Shown here: piece by piece, positions 61,196 to 64,000 of the stretch
How positions within the stretch are numbered: the stretch's first letter is position 1
Layout: the number at the start of each line of letters is the position of its first letter
NCBI GenBank assembly: GCA_963796285.1
Contig: CAWCKW010000012.1
Span: 1,888,001 to 1,952,000, forward strand
Direction of reading: 5' to 3'
Origin: Nitrospirota bacterium
Lineage (GTDB): Bacteria > Nitrospirota > UBA9217
DNA: 64,000 nucleotides
Position numbers and translations under genes: made by a program
Notes under the pieces: model-generated
Seen by the model: only the letters and a program-made list of their open reading frames with translations
Databases searched by the model: none
What the model was told of the DNA's origin: nothing

Positions 61196-61853
61196 CCTCG
61201 TATCCTCCTTTACCCTTAGACCGGATGTATTCGATCCTTTATGATTACATTATTATCATTAATATTATAGCACATTGTTAACACGGAAAGGTCGCATCAA
61301 AAATACGCTGCGTTTTCATCAGGTCACTCGAGTAAGATAAAAGGACTATAAATAACCGCGGGAAGAATTACCGGAGGTAACGGGACGCAAATGACGGATA
61401 TCGAACAATAAGGTATTATTCGGGCATCACGGGTAATGAACCAATTGCTGGAAAGCCGGGAGCGATCGCATGCTTGCTTTAACCGCGTACTGCGGTTTAC
61501 AATAAGCACGCACTCGGCATATGCTTTTGCGGGAATGCCGGAACTCTCCGGGGGCATGCCGACGAAAGTCCTTACTGTTCAGGATCCCCGCGGAACCTTG
61601 CTTTACGAACGCGGGCGCAGAATGACGAACGGGACAAGGTCATGACTAATAACTCTGAAGAGACCAGGCTTCGCTATCTGTACCGGAAGCTGATATTGGA
61701 GGGAAAGGCAGTGCTTTCTTTCGAGTCTGCAAAGAAGCTCATCGGCCCGGACTGCGCTTTTCACCTGTATTCGATCATTGATTCGAAGGCGACAAAAAGA
61801 AAGCGCTGATGCTGCCCGGAAGAGAATCAACGGTCCGCGATCTGTGTCACTGT

Positions 61854-62234
61854 TCAGACGAGGTATTTCAGGATCTGTGCGCGGAATTCGAGAATATTAA
61901 GCGGCTTGGTTATGTACCCGTTTGCGCCAAGGGCAAGACCCCGTTCGCGGTCCTGATGCTCGCCCTTCGTAGTGATGAGAATGATCGGCGTGCCCTTTTT
62001 AAAGACCTGGCGAACAGCGCGAATGACCCCGGCCCCGTCCAGTTCCGGCATGTTCATGTCGGTGAGGATAAGGTCAACGTCCTGGCGGTTCAGCTTCTCG
62101 ATCGCATCCATCCCGTTCACCGCCTCGATGAGCTGCACCCCCGGCAGCAGCTTGATCAGGTGGAAAAAGAGGAACATCCGCATCGTCTGTGAATCGTCAA
62201 CAACGAGGATCCTTTTGTTCTGAAATGATGGCAT
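61854..62234 (-). CDS. single-domain CheY-like response regulator
   Basis: ILVVDDS, LTDMNMPELDG, GANGYITKP. Confidence 0.9.
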   Translation of the reverse strand: MPSFQNKRILVVDDSQTMRMFLFFHLIKLLPGVQLIEAVNGMDAIEKLNRQDVDLILTDMNMPELDGAGVIRAVRQVFKKGTPIILITTKGEHQDRERGLALGANGYITKPLNILEFRAQILKYLV

Positions 62235-62718
62235 GCTGTTCTACGACCTTTCACCCAAAAAAATCCAATCAGCCAAAAAGAGCATGGTCAGAAATCGCCC
62301 CCGATAGAGCTAATCGAGGGCAGGCTCCGACCGCAACGAAGATCGGCTGCTACCGATTGCAAAAGACATCATCTTTTGTCCTCGCGGACACCAAGTCTCC
62401 TGTTTGTTAAAGTATACTATACTTTTCCTCCCGGCGCTGAGCCTGCCGCCGGGCTTCGTCGAACACGAAGATGATCTCTCCGCATCAAGACCGTTACCAA
62501 AACACGGAGACGTATCCAGCCTATGTGGTAAATGCTGCATGGAAGAAATAATTTCGCGAGAAGAAGGGGAAGAACGGCTGTCAGTGGCCGGCAAACGGTC
62601 GTGGTATTTTTTGCGGGGGGCAACGGCCCTCAGGTCTTAACAATCTTTGCGTTAACCCTGTCGCCAAGAAGCGCCGGCTTTCAGCCAACCCTCCGCCTTC
62701 TGTGGACGGTGAGATTAT

Positions 62719-63543
62719 TCAGGCTGTCCCGAACCCGTCCTCATCGCGCTCCTTCAGACTTTGCTGCGAGTAGTCCGACTTTTTTTGAAGGGCTTCATCG
62801 ACGTATTCCCTGATCAGGGCCCGATCCTTTTCTGGAAGATCCTGGTACAACAGCCCGATGCCGGCGTTCGGCACGGGATATCGCACAACTGCCTTAGTAG
62901 ACACCACACCATTCCCGATCGGGAATGACAGGGTTATGTTCGTGCCTTCGGAAAAGGTCTGCGCGGTCAAGAGGAACATACCGCTTTCGCTGATATCGAC
63001 GCTTTTTGCGTAGACCTTTTCATTGATCGTCACCCTGCCGGAAAAGGAAATCCGCGGAGAAAGCCGGGCTGACTCAGGATTCGTAATATCGACACCCAGG
63101 TCCTTTACCCGAACTGCCAGCGCCGCCAGATGGTCGCGGAACCCCTGCCCCAGCATCTCGAGCAGCTGCCTCATCTCTTTATTGGCGTCTTTCAACGCCG
63201 CCACGACATACTGTTCAACAAGGCTGGATTCGATCAGATAGCACTGGACGAGGATCTCGTTGATCTTTTCACGAGGCATGGCAAGAATCATCGACACCTG
63301 GTACATCACCTTGTTGATCTCGGTGAAGTTGAGATGCACTTCTCCAAAGTCACTCGGCTTGGCCCTTACGATCCTCTTTTGCATTCTCGCCAGGTTGACA
63401 TGGTTCAGTTCGTCCAGGTGGAGCTGATAAAAAAGGCCTTCGAGCTCCTTGTTGCCGCTGAACTTCGCCCGCAGTTTCGCGTACAGGTCACCAAGGTTCA
63501 CTTCCAGCTGTTCGATCACTTCCAGGGCCTTGAAAGCATCCAT
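62719..63543 (-). CDS. ferritin-like (rubrerythrin-type) domain fused to PilZ
   Basis: E…LY…DELNH helix pair; RLSPR and DISESG PilZ motifs; GGAGG RBS. Confidence 0.78.
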   Translation of the reverse strand: MDAFKALEVIEQLEVNLGDLYAKLRAKFSGNKELEGLFYQLHLDELNHVNLARMQKRIVRAKPSDFGEVHLNFTEINKVMYQVSMILAMPREKINEILVQCYLIESSLVEQYVVAALKDANKEMRQLLEMLGQGFRDHLAALAVRVKDLGVDITNPESARLSPRISFSGRVTINEKVYAKSVDISESGMFLLTAQTFSEGTNITLSFPIGNGVVSTKAVVRYPVPNAGIGLLYQDLPEKDRALIREYVDEALQKKSDYSQQSLKERDEDGFGTA

Positions 63544-63798
63544 GACAATTCCTCCGCAACGATGAACCGGTCGGTTACTCCAGGGCAAGTTGACCGCTGT
63601 GCGCTTTTCAGTTGAGTGTGCACGGCGCAGCCGGACAACGATACGCATTCATACAAAACATATTCAAGCAATTTGCTGCTCTGTCACTCGATCCGGTCGT
63701 ATGGCCCCCGGGATGCCCGACGCACGACATCACAGATAATCGAAAGGTTCTTCGTCCGGCGCCCTGCACCCTGCCTCAAACGAAGCGCGGGGCTCGGT

Positions 63799-64000
63799 CT
63801 ACTTCACCTCTTCGATCTTCACGACATTCTCATACCGTGAGAACATCGGCATTCTCCATCCGTATTTTTTTATCCTGACCGGTTTCCCTTTCAGCCGGAT
63901 AGCATCGTTCTGTACCGTGCCGGAATTGAACTTGAACCGATACCAGACATCCTCATTGACATAAGGACGGCTTTCCGTGGCGATCATGAACCGTCCGTCC
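63799..64000 (-). CDS. 3' end of a DUF1523-like protein (runs off the window)
   Basis: YVNED.WY.FKFNSGTVQ…YGWRMPMFS.YENVV. Confidence 0.65.
   Translation of the reverse strand, partial: DGRFMIATESRPYVNEDVWYRFKFNSGTVQNDAIRLKGKPVRIKKYGWRMPMFSRYENVVKIEEVK

Noticed and set aside
61350-61430. c-di-GMP-I riboswitch (GGGACGCAAA)
   Set aside because: No GCAAAC/P2 stem or P3 partner, and no downstream plus-strand gene.
1-64000. CRISPR array, rRNA, full tRNA, prophage or intact transposase
   Set aside because: No regularly spaced repeats or diagnostic motifs found by eye.

Overview
A moderately GC-rich bacterial chromosomal window. Gene content (RACo/ASKHA protein, many PAS/REC/PilZ proteins, DUF3300-DUF2950) suggests an anaerobic Nitrospirota- or Desulfobacterota-like lineage; this is inference. 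The left third holds glgC, an HPF-cold-shock fusion, pcm and a ~16 kb minus-strand acetate locus: CoA-transferase-GNAT fusion, small membrane ORF, SLC5-type sensor kinase, sigma54 regulator, cNMP-CBS-DUF294 protein, DEDDh exonuclease, DUF485, actP and acs. The middle has a hybrid kinase, mgtA, a diguanylate cyclase-PilZ fusion, DUF362, a ferredoxin and an M1 peptidase. The right half is a mosaic accessory region: a VIT1 gene bracketed by attC-like sites, FecR-OmpA-CHASE2/HD-GYP, a tRNA 3'-end fragment, a nuclease-DinG helicase, an orphan structured non-coding element and a ferritin-like-PilZ fusion. Several genes are broken by single-base indels that look like long-read consensus errors. I found no CRISPR array, rRNA, full tRNA, integrase or intact transposase. 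All family assignments come from motif recognition by eye; no searches were run.
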